A stretch of DNA of 64,000 nt from Owenia fusiformis (taxonomy: Eukaryota). The notes under the pieces are model-generated. The model saw only the letters and a program-made list of their open reading frames with translations, was not told where the DNA came from and ran no database searches. Position numbers and translations under genes: made by a program. The stretch is taken from NCBI GenBank assembly GCA_903813345.2, contig CAIIXF020000001.1, positions 12,772,001-12,836,000 on the forward strand, given 5' to 3'. Shown piece by piece: positions 51,901 to 63,326 of the stretch. Position 1 is the first letter of the stretch, and each line of letters opens with the position of its first letter.

Positions 51901-51931
51901 TAGAAAAACTGCTTTTGCTGGAGAAAAATAG
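33999..51931 (+). CDS. Astacin-family (M12A) zinc metalloendopeptidase, paralog 2; 9 exons, 321 aa
   Basis: join(33999-34061,40021-40114,40358-40405,40947-40987,43228-43303,49064-49187,49632-49804,51059-51280,51807-51931); all introns GT-AG; 966 nt in frame; same intron phases (0,1,1,0,1,2,1,1) as paralog 1. Signal MNVLTFKYLLLLIGLLGAHAR, LIEGDV, R/NA..LWPGGIVYY, GCFSEIG, HEILHAIGVSH, SIMHYG, FGQR. Confidence 0.9.
34522..34827. repeat. Near-perfect inverted repeat (~120-bp arms, ~65-bp spacer) overlapping a Tc1/mariner-like MITE (~34776-35113)
   Basis: tcgccaaatctgccaaattaaaacgtccatcaaattaaagcaatttacagta...ctcaagtataa is mirrored by ttatacttgag...tactgtaaattgctttaatttgatggacgttttaatttggcagatttggcga. 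Confidence 0.85.
35274..39670. mobile_element. Foldback-type element: 4.4-kb palindrome with ~1.46-kb near-identical outer arms and an inverted GC-rich minisatellite core, in intron 1 of astacin 2
   Basis: tagtatagtaggaacaaggggttcccatgc... (35274) is the inverse of ...gcatgggaaccccttgttcctactatacta (39670). The arms match continuously to ~36735 / ~38205. TA at both extremities is a possible TSD. Confidence 0.9.
36735..38205. repeat. GC-rich minisatellite (~21-bp unit, ggcccccagaagctata...) switching orientation at ~37165
   Basis: cccagaagctata is repeated up to ~37160, and tatagcttctggg is repeated from ~37172 onward. Confidence 0.95.
42763..42907. mobile_element. Small palindromic MITE (possibly Harbinger-type)
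   Basis: aatgcctgggtcacatttgct ... agcaaatgtgaccaaggcatt inverted ends, with internal inverted similarity. Confidence 0.55.
45412..46112 (+). mobile_element. Helentron-associated element with 161-bp tandem core repeats, nested in a TIR element (~45306-46313)
   Basis: 5' gcaccctaa, ~4 units (aaaatggcc at ~45597, 45758, 45919), 3' hairpin gcaccttagggtgc plus A-run. The host element has ends aatggcgtagcgt / acgctacgccatt. Confidence 0.7.
46649..47534. mobile_element. MITE-like element with ~40-bp inverted repeats
   Basis: aagtggtgcggatatcatgtgcgcaaagtgcagatattaac / gttaatatccgcaccttgcgcacatgatatccgcaccgctt. Confidence 0.6.
47851..48776. mobile_element. Non-autonomous Transib-like element C (926 bp, palindromic throughout, 5-bp TSD ACTAT)
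   Basis: Left end CACACGGTACTAACTCA, inverted right end CACGCGGTACTAACTCA. ACTAT lies at 47846-47850 and 48777-48781. The arms align to the centre at ~48310. Confidence 0.9.
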
Positions 51932-52328
51932 ACAATCATCCCAGGCCTCTGACAAATGTGACCATACTGATTTTACGTGTATTCTTATACATCAGATCTT
52001 TTACAATAATCATATTAACATTGCAGACCAATGTAGTTTTCCTATTTGTATTTTACACATATCTAACATCATTCTTTAAGCTTTCAGCTGTCATCTTGAT
52101 AATTTCTTCTCAAGCAGATTTCGTTGTCCCTAAACATCAGCATATAAAGTTTGATCCAAATCCATCCACTGGTATTTGAGTTAAAAAGATTACCTTTTTC
52201 CAAAAGGTGGCAGCCATATTAAACAGTGACCATCTTGAATCTTTTTTTTTGTCAATAAATTTCTGATTTATAGTGTAGTTTATATTTCTTTATATTTCTT
52301 GTAACATGTAAATACATTGTTTCTTTAA

Positions 52329-53116
52329 GTCCCCGTCTATAGTTTGAAAATATTTTTTTATCATTCATTTACTATTTGTCAGGACTTAAAAAGTGATTTT
52401 AGAGATTTTTGAACAAAAACTTTTTTTGAAAAAAAAGTTGTGAGCATTTAATTTCTCAAATATTCAAATTTCTTAATCATCAAATATTTCTTAATGCATT
52501 TCAAAAAAGATTATATTTTTAACACCAATGCAAAGATTGAACAAAAGACACACTATTTCAATAATAAAATGTCATATTTAATGGGCCACTTCAATGTTTT
52601 AGCTTATCAAAAATATTTTGAAACATTAGTGATGTCACTAAGGTAACCAAAACTTTTTGAAAAAAATTGAAGATGTCAATCTTTTCTAAACATGCTAGAC
52701 TTTCATAAAAAAAATGTTGATTGTCTAACCAGGTTAAAAGGAAGAATAAATTATGTTTTAGATATCATTGTACCATTGGTTTCTAAGAGAACTAAAATTT
52801 TGAAATGCATTTTTCTCAGAACCATTTTCATGCACTGATAAGTTCATTTCTCGCTTGTTTATCAACCGATTTTCTTAATTTTTTCGGCAAAAAACATGGG
52901 AGGATGTATGCTATGCATTGGTATGAATTGTGGCTAATTAGAAGATATGAGTGACCTCTAAAAGTTGGTTTTAAATAAATTCACAAATTTTGGAATAAAG
53001 TGTCTATCAAAAACCACTTTTTGAAATTAAAAAAAAAAGTTTCACATATCACACTTTGATAACATTGGGTAAGACTACAATATAAGCCAAAGTGGTTTAA
53101 ACTTTACATGGGGCCT
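52329..53116. mobile_element. TTAA-flanked Kolobok-like non-autonomous element
   Basis: TTAA at 52325-52328 and 53117-53120. Imperfect TIRs gtccccgtctatagttt / aaactttacatggggcct. The right end matches the terminus embedded in the 407-bp tandem repeat. Confidence 0.5.
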
Positions 53117-54841
53117 TTAAGTGACAGGTGTGAAAAATTGATTGTCTTTTGGAGTCTTCTCTAAGCCCAGGAACATTAACCTCTTGAATCCCAGGCTCTA
53201 AAATCGGTTGAAACCAGAGATTTTTTTCATTTTTGCCACCTTTTCACATTTTACTCAAGACCTATACAACTTAAGATGCTCAAGTTAGTAAAATTAGATG
53301 GCAGAGATCATTTCTTCATGTTCATTTCACGTATACATCACAAAGGAACTTATCGTGTCACTTGTCTATTGTGAAATCATAGAGACAATTAGAAAAGGTG
53401 TTTTGCAATTCACCTTAATAATTTAATAACCACAATAATAGTGTATGTTGCAATTCATCAATGATTCAATGTATGTTGCTATTTTCTACAGTTATTTGAT
53501 GCTTATTGCGACTCACCACCATAATACAATGTGTGTTGTGAGTCATTTTAATAATTTAATGTATGCTGTGATTGACAACAAATTAATATATGTACAATAA
53601 TACATGTATAATGTCCGTTGCAATTCACGACATCTTGAATATGTGTTTCTGAGCAAAACTTCTTTGTCTCTAGGCAAACAGCATATAACATTTGAACCAA
53701 ATCTGTCAAATGGTATTTGAGTTATCAAGGATTACTTTTTTTACAAAAAATGGTGACCAATTTAGCTGTTATTCTAAAAATTCCTTCTCAAGAACAACTC
53801 CTGTCTCCCTAGGCATCAGCATATAAAAGTTGAACGGAATCCATCAAATATTTTACCAAAAATGGCACCCATTTTAAAATTTAGTGGTCATCTTGAGTTT
53901 CTTTTCTCCCTTTTCTATCTAGGCATAAGCTTGAACCAAATTCGTCAACTTGTATATGAGTTATCAAAGAGTCTCGAGAAGAAGTCCTACATCTATAACT
54001 AGAAATCAAATAACATGACTCCCATATGATGAAAAGTACTGGAAATACTAGTCTTTTTGTTGAGGTTAATAAAGTTTTAAACCTAGATCAGTCATGCTTA
54101 ACTAAGTATGACAGTATAATGATAATAACAGTCCTACAAATTACAATGGGAATTAGCACTCACACAATGAATTCATTCAGGTCAAGCCCTATTGTCCTTT
54201 CCCCATATAACAGGTTAGTTTCACATCATAACTCTGGTTATTGAAGCATATTGTTCCAATTACATAAGGCAATATTCAAAACACATCTGCTTATCTTTTA
54301 ATAAACATTTCAATAATCTTAAATGGTTAATAATTAATAAACAAAAGATAATTTTGTTTTTATTATCGATAGCAGGGAAGTAACAAATGATAATGCATTC
54401 TTCTATTATTCCAAAATGGAATGTGATGCATAGCAACTACAGGATGGGCCTATACTGTATATACCCTATATGTCTGTGACTCGGATGTCGTAAAAATGAC
54501 ATATTTATCTCCATGAGTATATGTACAAGTCAAAAGATGTACAATAATATTCAAAAATATTTAAATTTAACTGGACATCAACAGAGTCATTGATCTAATT
54601 GATAATTAATTAGCAAAAACCTCTACATCTTTGTGATCTCAATTTAGTACCAAAATAGCCGATTTTGAGCAATAATATTCATTTTTTGCAAGAAACATTT
54701 GTTTACTTTAATGAAATGAAAAACAACGTTTTACTAGAAAAACAGCAACTCCACGGAGTAGCAAATCCCACCGAACAAAACATATGCTTATTATAGCTAG
54801 TGTAAATGTTGAAATGTTTGTGCACTTTGAGATAAAAGCAT

Positions 54842-57645
54842 TAAACAATTTTTACTTAACAAGATTAGTATTTGTAACAATAATGATATATATCAACTTC
54901 GTTATAATACTTTACTCGAGTATGAGGCAAAAGCTGCCCAAATACGGTCACGTGTACAGTGGATAGAGGAAGGTGAACGCAACACAAAATTTTTTCTTGG
55001 TCTTGAAAAACACCAACAGAAGAATCAAACAATATATAATTTAAAACGTCCCAATGGAACTGTAGTTAGTAATCAGAGTGAAATATTACAAATGCAGGAG
55101 AAGTTCTATAAAACCCTTTATACTTCAAAATATATACAAAAAGATAAAATCAAAAATTATTTAGATAATACCAACATTAAACGAGTATTAACAAAAGAGG
55201 AAGCTGATCTCTGTGAAGGAGAGCTCACTTATGATGAAGCAAAACATTCTATTTTTAGCATGAAGCTTAATAAATCTCCAGGTCAAGATGGATTAACTGT
55301 CGAATTCTATCAAACGTTTTGGCCATTAATTGGTAAAATGGTAACTGATGTTTTAAATCATGGTCACAGTAAAGGACAATTAATTTTTTCTCAAAGATTA
55401 GGCATAATAAAGTTGTTACATAAGAAAAATGATAACCAAATATTAAGTAACTGGAGACCCTTAACCATGCTTAATGTAGATTACAAATTATGTGCCCACA
55501 TTTTAGCTCAGAGACTTCATAAAATATTACCACTAATTATTAATCAAGACCAACAAGGTTATATAAAAGGAAGATTTATTGGATACAATATTAGGTTAAT
55601 AAGTGATGTAATTAATTATGCTAATAAATATAGAAAAACATTAGATTCTGCTATTATTTTTGCAGATTTTTCAAAATGTTTTGACTGTTTGGAAATTGAC
55701 TTCACAATAGAAGCATTAAAGAAATTCAATTTTGGTATGAGCTTTATTAAATGGATTAAAACTTTGTATAATGGGATACAAAGTTGTGTAGCTAACAATG
55801 GTCACTTATCACCATATTTTGATGTATCTCGGGGCATTCGGCAAGGGTGCCCCATTTCTGCTTTGATCTACCTCATTGCTGCTGAAACTATGGCAATTAA
55901 TATTAGAAACAACAGTAAAATTAAAGGTATAAAAGTAAGAAACAAAGAAGTTAAAATATGTCAACTAGCCGATGACACCACTCTTTTTGTTCATGGAAAA
56001 AACTCAATTAACACAGCTATCAAAGAAATACAACGTTTTGGAACAGTTTCTGGTTTAGAGCTTAACTTAGAAAAAACAGAAGGTATAAAACTTGGTAACT
56101 TTAAAAATGATAATAATACTACTTTTTGTAATATTTCCTGGAAACAGGAAGTAAAATCATTAGGCGTCTACTTTGGAATAGATCAAACTAAATTGCATGA
56201 TCTTAATTGGAATAGTATAGCTGACAAAATGAGAAAATCGTTGTCTTTGTGGAAAAAACGTAAGATTTCCCTTTATGGAAAAATAGTTATAATTAAAACT
56301 CTTGCATTATCTAAACTGATGTATTTAGCAAAATGCATTGAAACTCCAAATGAAACTTTTTTGAAAGATATCACTTCAGAGCTTTATTCATTCCTTTGGG
56401 ATGGAAAAAGAGACAAAATTAAAAGATCTGTCCTAATTAATACTTTATCTAAAGGTGGACTCTCAATGCCTGACTTAAAATCTAAATTTAGGGCTTTCAA
56501 AATTAAATGGCTATTAGATATTGAACATGGAAATAAACAAGCAAGTTGGAATATTTTAGCAAGAGAGATATTAAGTAAAACTGGACTCCCAGATACTCTG
56601 ATATTTAAATCTACATATGGAAAACCTGAGAATATTAGTAATTTTAATGTCTTGCCTCAATTTTACCAAGATATACTCCATGCTTGGAGTATTCTTGGAG
56701 GCTCAGAATCCAAAACTCACAACATAAGCTTTGCAGAAATTAGACAAATGGTGATATGGCACAATAAATACATAACTTTCAATAACAAATGTTTGTTTTT
56801 TGAAAATTGGATAGATTCCAATATACTGTATGTAAATGACTTAATGCTTACTCAAAATGAAATAGTTAATAAACTTAATTGTAAAGTCAATTGGATGGCA
56901 GAATTTATAACAGTTAAACAGTCTGTGCCATCTCATTATAAAGTTAAAATATTTAGTGATGAAAGTAAATGTACACATGTAAATACAAACATAAATCTCA
57001 GGTTTTATGATAGCAAATTGAAAAATTATAGATTCTTGGATAAACATGCAAGTTCTAAAGACTTATACTCAATCTTGTTGGAAAAAATTGCAACTAAAAC
57101 ATATTTGGAATCATTTTGGATTAATCTTTGTGAAATTCAAAATAGTCAACTATTGTTTCAACAGACTTGGATACTATTAAAGCAATCCAAGAATAAAAAA
57201 GTGGCCAATTTTAAATACAAACTTTTACATTACATTTTACCATGCAAGCAATTACTTCTTCAATGGAAAATAAGTGTCAATGATAAGTGTGATATTTGTG
57301 GACAGGTAGAAGACTATAGACATTTGTTCTTTCAATGTCATAGAGTAATTAATGTAATCAATCAACTTGAAAATTATATACTTGATCATTTTAAGATTGA
57401 ATTAAGCTTGAAAAAGTATAAGACTCTTATCTTTGGCTACAAGGTACAAGAAACTAGCTATACTTACTTTAATGAGTGGTTAAATAATTTATGGTATATT
57501 ATATTTGTAAACTATTGTAATAATGTTCAAGAATTAAAATTGTATCACTTTTCGCAGATATTGTAATATTGTAAAATGATGTAAACAAAGTTATAAAACA
57601 GAAATATATACATGAAATAATAACAAAAAAAAAAAAAAAAAAAAA
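54842..57645 (+). mobile_element. 5'-truncated L1/Tx1-clade non-LTR retrotransposon with poly(A) and 13-bp TSD
   Basis: GAGATAAAAGCAT lies at 54829-54841 and 57646-57658. Poly(A) at ~57625-57645. The ORF2 frame is open from the 5' junction. Confidence 0.95.
54843..57566 (+). CDS. LINE ORF2 fragment: reverse transcriptase plus C-terminal CCHC zinc finger; endonuclease domain lost by 5' truncation
   Basis: AAQIRSRVQWIEEGERNTKFF, KSPGQDG, NWRPLTMLNVDYK, DFSKCFD, GIRQGCPIS, QLADDTT, CDICGQVEDYRHLFFQC. No internal stops up to 57566 (first Met at 55092). Confidence 0.95.
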   Translation, partial: KQFLLNKISICNNNDIYQLRYNTLLEYEAKAAQIRSRVQWIEEGERNTKFFLGLEKHQQKNQTIYNLKRPNGTVVSNQSEILQMQEKFYKTLYTSKYIQKDKIKNYLDNTNIKRVLTKEEADLCEGELTYDEAKHSIFSMKLNKSPGQDGLTVEFYQTFWPLIGKMVTDVLNHGHSKGQLIFSQRLGIIKLLHKKNDNQILSNWRPLTMLNVDYKLCAHILAQRLHKILPLIINQDQQGYIKGRFIGYNIRLISDVINYANKYRKTLDSAIIFADFSKCFDCLEIDFTIEALKKFNFGMSFIKWIKTLYNGIQSCVANNGHLSPYFDVSRGIRQGCPISALIYLIAAETMAINIRNNSKIKGIKVRNKEVKICQLADDTTLFVHGKNSINTAIKEIQRFGTVSGLELNLEKTEGIKLGNFKNDNNTTFCNISWKQEVKSLGVYFGIDQTKLHDLNWNSIADKMRKSLSLWKKRKISLYGKIVIIKTLALSKLMYLAKCIETPNETFLKDITSELYSFLWDGKRDKIKRSVLINTLSKGGLSMPDLKSKFRAFKIKWLLDIEHGNKQASWNILAREILSKTGLPDTLIFKSTYGKPENISNFNVLPQFYQDILHAWSILGGSESKTHNISFAEIRQMVIWHNKYITFNNKCLFFENWIDSNILYVNDLMLTQNEIVNKLNCKVNWMAEFITVKQSVPSHYKVKIFSDESKCTHVNTNINLRFYDSKLKNYRFLDKHASSKDLYSILLEKIATKTYLESFWINLCEIQNSQLLFQQTWILLKQSKNKKVANFKYKLLHYILPCKQLLLQWKISVNDKCDICGQVEDYRHLFFQCHRVINVINQLENYILDHFKIELSLKKYKTLIFGYKVQETSYTYFNEWLNNLWYIIFVNYCNNVQELKLYHFSQIL

Positions 57646-60060
57646 GAGATAAAAGCATGAAATTTGGCACAAAGTTAGTTTATACCATTGTGAACAAGCC
57701 ATCATCATATAAAATTTGAACCAAATCTGTTCACTGGTATATGAGTTATCAAAGATTACGTTTTTTACGAATATGGGCAGCCATCTTGAAATTCAGCTGC
57801 CATCTTGAAAATTATTTCTTGAACAGAGCTACTGTGTCCCTAGGCATAATCATATAAAATTTCAATCAAATCTGTTCACTGGTATTTGAGTTATCAAAAA
57901 TTATGTTTTTTACGAAAAATTGCCGCCATTTTGAAATTAAGCAGCCATCTTGAAAATGTTTTGTCAAACATAGCTACTGTGTCCCTAATAATCATCATAT
58001 AAAATTTGAACCAAATCCGTTCACTGGTATTTGAGTTATCAAAGATTACATATTTTTACGAAAAATGGCCGCCACTTTGAAATTAAGCGGCCATCTTGAA
58101 AATCTCTTTTTGAGTGTAACTCCTTTGTCCCTAGGCATCAGCATATAAAATTTGAACCAAATCCGTTCACTGGTATATGAGTTATCAAAGATTACGTTTT
58201 TTAAGGAATTTGGGTCGCAATCTTAAAATTCAGCCGCCATCTTAAAAATTATTTCTTGAACAGAGCTACTGTGTCCCTAGGCATAATCATATAAAATTTC
58301 AACCAAATCTGTTCACTGGTATTTGAGTTGTCAAAGATTACGTTTTTTACCAAAAATTGCCGCCATTTTGAAATGAAGCGGCCATCTTGAAAATGTTTTG
58401 TCGAACATAGCTACTGTGCCCATAAGCATCATCATATAAAATTTGAACCAAATCCGTTCACTGGTATTTGAGTTATCAAAGATTACATATTTTTACGAAA
58501 AATGGCCGCTATTTTGAAATTAAGCGGCCATCTTGAAAATCTCTTTTTGTGCGAAACTCCTTTGTCCCTAGGCATCAGCATATAAAATTTGAACCAAATC
58601 CGCAAACTAGTATTTGAGTTATTAAAGATTACATTTTTTACGAAAAATGGCGGCCATTTTAAATTCAGTGGCCATATTGAAAATTCCTTCTCGAGCAGAG
58701 GTCCTACACCCATAAGGCATAAGCCTATAAAATTTGAATCAAATCCGTGAAACGGTATTTAAGTTATCGCCCGGACAAACAGACAGACGGACGGACGGAC
58801 GGCTTTCCTATATCCCTCTCGAACTTCGTTCGGTGGGATAACAAGGTTAGTTTTGTTTTAATCAGACATTACCATTCAGTATGTGGAGACTAGCTTACTT
58901 TACAAGTATAGCACTCGATTTTTTTCCTAATAGTTCCTAAGGAGCTTTCATGTTCAAAATATACAGTGTTTGGTCATAAATTGTTTGTTTTGTCATAGTT
59001 TGAAATTTATTCAGCCCTTGTGTCTGCATATACTGAAAGATACAGGATGACAATTTTTTATTTATGCTTATATTTTAAAACCTACGTTTATCTAGACATA
59101 ACTTTCGCTATCACATGGTAGAATCATATAATCGCCACTGAGTGGATGTTTGAAAACACTTGTATGCAATGTAGACATGCGCGCAGGGAATATATGTGAA
59201 ATAGATAGATGTTGTGAATATTTTTGCAAAAAAATTCACGTACTTTTAAAAACAGTGGCCATCTTGAAAAAAAAATTTGTGTAAAAGTATTTACTATCTT
59301 TCCAAGAAATATGAAGAAAATCCATCCACTAGTATTCGAGTTATCTTCCAGACATCTTGTAAAATATAAATACACTGCCCATATGTTTTGTTAAAGAGCA
59401 ACAGAAGCATACAATCTTTCCATAAAGATAAAGTCAGAAACATATTTGGATATCTACATCATGGAGGTAGATTATAATTGATTTTATTTATTTGTCATAT
59501 TCAGTCATCTAGAAAATGGCAACTCCACGGAGTAGCAAATCCCAACGAACAATATATAAATCATGAATTTGTAGTCACAATGTAATATTTACCATCTCCT
59601 CCATCTTCCCCTTGAATAAATATTTGAGATCGTTGTAGTATCATGTATACTTTCAAGATAATGGCGAATTCCTGCTCTAGGCAGCCATTTTGAATTTTCT
59701 GAGGCACAAATCAGAAAAACAATACCATAATTGTGATCTTCTCTGAAATTCAATATTTGCAATCAACTCTAAATTGCCTCTCATTTGAGTATAATAAAGC
59801 TATACTGTACTTCAAAAAGATCTCAAAATTAACACAAATTCATGTTTTCCCAACCCCCCCCCCCCTATTCACAGCCCCTGGGGGTCTGGGTGAAAAACAC
59901 AGGATATTTATGAAAAAGACTTTAAAATAATAATATTCATTATTTTGTTTAAAATGAAAAACATAAGCTTTTTGCGAAAAATTCCCGCCATTTTTAAATT
60001 GACGACCATCTTGTAAAACTACTCACCAATATACATCTTTCCACCAAATATGAACAAAAT

Positions 60061-60397
60061 CTGACTGACTGACCTGACTGACCTGACTGACTGACCTGAC
60101 TGACTGACCTGACTGACCTGACTGACCTGACTGACTGACCTGACTGACTGACCTGACCTGACCTGACCTGACCTGACCTGACTGACTGACCTGACTGACT
60201 GACCTGACTGACTGACCTGACTGACCTGACTGACCTGACTGACCTGACTGACCTGACTGACTGACCTGACTGACCTGACTGACTGACTGACTGACCTGAC
60301 TGACTGACTGACTGACTGACTGACTGACTGACCTGACTGACCTGACTGACCTGACTGACTGACCTGACTGACCGACCGACTGACTGACTGACTGACG
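60061..60397. repeat. Expanded compound microsatellite (CTGA)n/(CCTGA)n inside a Helentron-associated element (~59508-60485)
   Basis: Directly visible in the sequence; flanked by the same 5' and 3' motifs as the 54733-58844 element. Confidence 0.95.
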
Positions 60398-61569
60398 GAT
60401 TATTTGAGTTATTGCCCGGACAAACAAACAGATGGACAAATAGACGGCTTTTCTATATCCCCTTCAATTTCTTTCAGTGAAATAATTAAAATTGTATACA
60501 AATTAAATGGATAATATATAAATAGCAGGGGCTACACCAAAGTATTTTTGTCACAACAATAAGTTGCCAAACATAGATAAGCATAATCAAAGAGAATGTG
60601 AAGACAGATTTACAATATTATAATGATTTGTCAGTATTACAACTAACCATGCATATTGTCAAAAATCTATCACAGTAAGTACAGCCACCAGTATTAAAAT
60701 TTTCATTTACCCCAAATCTTATGATATATCAGTAGAATGAAAATGTAATGGAGGCTGAGATGCCCCAATTCTATAATCAACAAGGCACATAATGTGAACG
60801 AGATCACACCATCGAAAAACCTTCAAAATGGCCACCAGAAAACAAGATAGATGCCCAAAAGTTAATCAGCTTTAGAACTTGATATCCTCTATCATGTATG
60901 TGAAAATCTGATGAGCGGTTTTCCTAAAATGAGGATGACAAGATTTGTTGAAAAATCTTCAAAGTGGCCACCCAATTGAAAAAAGCCTATGGAAAATCAT
61001 CTCCAATTATCACCAAACTTACAATTGATAATTAGTTGAAAGTTAGGTGTACAAATTCACATGCAAATGAGCTAACTATCAAATAAGTTAACGCTTAATT
61101 TGCAACTTAATTAACGGTTAGCTACCATCAATATGCAAATGAGCTATATAGTGGTCGATTGTCACTGATTTACGTAAATTGGTTGAAAGTTAGTCGTAAG
61201 TTTGATGTAAGTTAATCTCTAATTATCACCTAACTTACTATTGATAATTAGTTGAAAGTTATGTTTAAGTCAGATTTGTTACTACTCAAAAATGACTCGC
61301 TTCTTTTTTGCTTCCTTTCACCCGGATATTTTTGCCTCATCTTGAACTATTTTGTGACGGAATATTCATCTTAATTAGGATCTTTCAGAACAGATTTTTA
61401 AAGTGCGGCCATATCTTGAAAGAATTCTTCTTGAAAAAAACGGTTACCAATATTCATCTTTTCACCAAATATGAAGAAAATCTGTCCTCTAGTATTTAAG
61501 TTATCTTCCAGGTGAATGGACAGATGGATGGACAGACTGACTGACTGATGGACTGACGAACAGTGGCTT

Positions 61570-62113
61570 TTATCCCGTGCCAGGACTATAGTCCTGTACC
61601 GAGCACATTCTTTTGCCTGTACGATTACAACTTGGGAGAATTATCTACGCCCCTTACACTTAAGATACCTACACCAATGCATTATAGAACTCAAAATGTA
61701 ACTTCTAATATATTGGAAGCGTTGATTGTCTGGGTATATCGGCAGAACGGGAACATTTTTCTTTTTCATCGAGAGAGATTCAATTACTTTTCAAGATGGC
61801 GGTTGGATTTAAAATGGGATTCCCCGTTTGACTGTCCCGGATGTGGCCCGGAAGAACCAATAAATGGAGGAATTTGACAGTTAAAATAAGTTAAATATTA
61901 CACGGAAATATTGCGATCAAAAACGAAAATTTCTTTGTTCTGCCGATAAACCCAGACAATTGTGGATTCAACTACACGAAAAGTGCTAAAATACCAAGGA
62001 ATCTATTGAAGTAGGTATCTGAAGTGTAAGAAGCGTAAAAAATTCTCCCATGTTGTAATCGCACAGGCAAAAGATTGAGATGTTCTCAGGACTATAGTTC
62101 TGGCACGGGATAA
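61570..62113. mobile_element. Palindromic MITE with 8-bp TSD AGTGGCTT, inserted in the 3' end of a Helentron-associated element
   Basis: TTATCCCGTGCCAGGACTATAGTCCTG / CAGGACTATAGTTCTGGCACGGGATAA. TSDs at 61562-61569 and 62114-62121. The empty site matches ggcttcacta.atcc seen at ~50432. Confidence 0.9.
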
Positions 62114-62830
62114 AGTGGCTTCACTATATCCCTACTGAACTTCGTTTATTGGGATAATAAGTGGTAAAATAGGGGAATCCCCTTCCCTACCTTGTTTTGA
62201 GATGTAACCTTGAACTCTACAAGGAGCAAACTAAATTGAGTTCATTCAAAAAAATCATTCATTAATTATCCCCACAATATCGCACTCAAAGACAGATTTT
62301 GAAAATTTAAAAATCAATTAAGGCAGACTGACATGGAATTACAAGGAGTTACAGAAGGTGTTACAGATTATTTGGTAGCACAGCAAAGTTAGATATATTT
62401 TTTACTTTTCAATTCAACCCAATGTACTGTATGCCATATCCATGCTTACTGTCTAATATACCATTTTATATCATTTCTGTAGATGGCACAAGCATCCAGA
62501 AAATATAGTTTCTGAGCTTTCTGATGCTCTATAAGAAAAATCTGAAACGTTTTATAGGATTTGATAATCTAAGGGTTAAATGGATTCATACATTATGTCA
62601 ATACAACACCTTAATACAAAAACAAATGCTTCTCTGTTTCACCTGACTAACTCACATGTAAGCTCAATTTGATTAATCCAATCAATTCTTGTTGGCATTA
62701 CAATGTCATAACAAAGATAACTATACTTAATCCTTTTCAAAATGGATATATTTAAAAACATTTATTGAGTTGCACTAAACCAGAAGACTGGAGGGTTGGG
62801 GAACGCATCTAACGGGAGAGCCTGACAACC

Positions 62831-62893
62831 ATGAACAGTTTAACATTCAAATATCTGTTGCTCATCATTGGATTGATTGGGACTCATTGCAGG
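62831..62893 (+). CDS. Exon 1 (signal peptide) of a third paralog, probably astacin; rest of gene lies beyond the window
   Basis: MNSLTFKYLLLIIGLIGTHCR|gtaagt versus paralog 2 MNVLTFKYLLLLIGLLGAHAR|gtaagt: same length and phase, and a shared upstream block. Confidence 0.8.
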
Positions 62894-62932
62894 GTAAGTT
62901 ATATCAGGTAATTGTTGTCCTGTTTGCACATA

Positions 62933-63326
62933 CAAAGGACGATTCTCGGTTTGGAGAACAGTCGCCTGGGCTGATAATTTTTTTCATGAAAATATAGAAA
63001 TATTACCCAAATTAACTATGAATATTCAAAAGAGGACATTTAAATCTACAAGATGTAAAAATAACAAATTGATCTGAAGCAGGGATAACGCTCAATTAGA
63101 CCGATTCAATAAAATACAAGTCTCGATTTGGGGAAAGAAGTTCATCAGTGTACTGCGCTAATATTTTTTTGCGAAAAATCTAGAAATATTACCCAAATTA
63201 ATTTATGACTATTCAAATGAAGACATTCAAATCTATATCATGTAAAATAATCAAATTTGTCCGAAGCAGGGATAATGCTCATTTAGATTGATGAACTTCG
63301 TTCTCCAAACCGAGAATCGTCCTTTG
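62933..63326. mobile_element. MITE with 27-bp perfect inverted repeats and an internal direct duplication
   Basis: caaaggacgattctcggtttggagaac / gttctccaaaccgagaatcgtcctttg. No clear TSD. Confidence 0.7.

Larger units (their letters stand above)
54733..58844 (+). mobile_element. Helentron-associated element (~145-bp tandem core repeats at 57700-58770) interrupted by a LINE
   Basis: 5' end actagaaaaacagcaactccacggagtagc. Sub-terminal inverted repeat ATCCCACCGAAC (54765-54776) / GTTCGGTGGGAT (58828-58839). (GACG)n and a 3' hairpin are present. Related ends occur at ~25590, 50400-50470, 59508-60480 and 61500-62160. Confidence 0.75.

Noticed and set aside
51747-52079. 110-aa ORF from the track
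   Set aside because: Wrong frame. The spliced astacin last exon (51807-51931) uses another frame.
60023-60439. 138-aa S/Q/V-rich ORF
   Set aside because: Translation of a (CTGA)n microsatellite.
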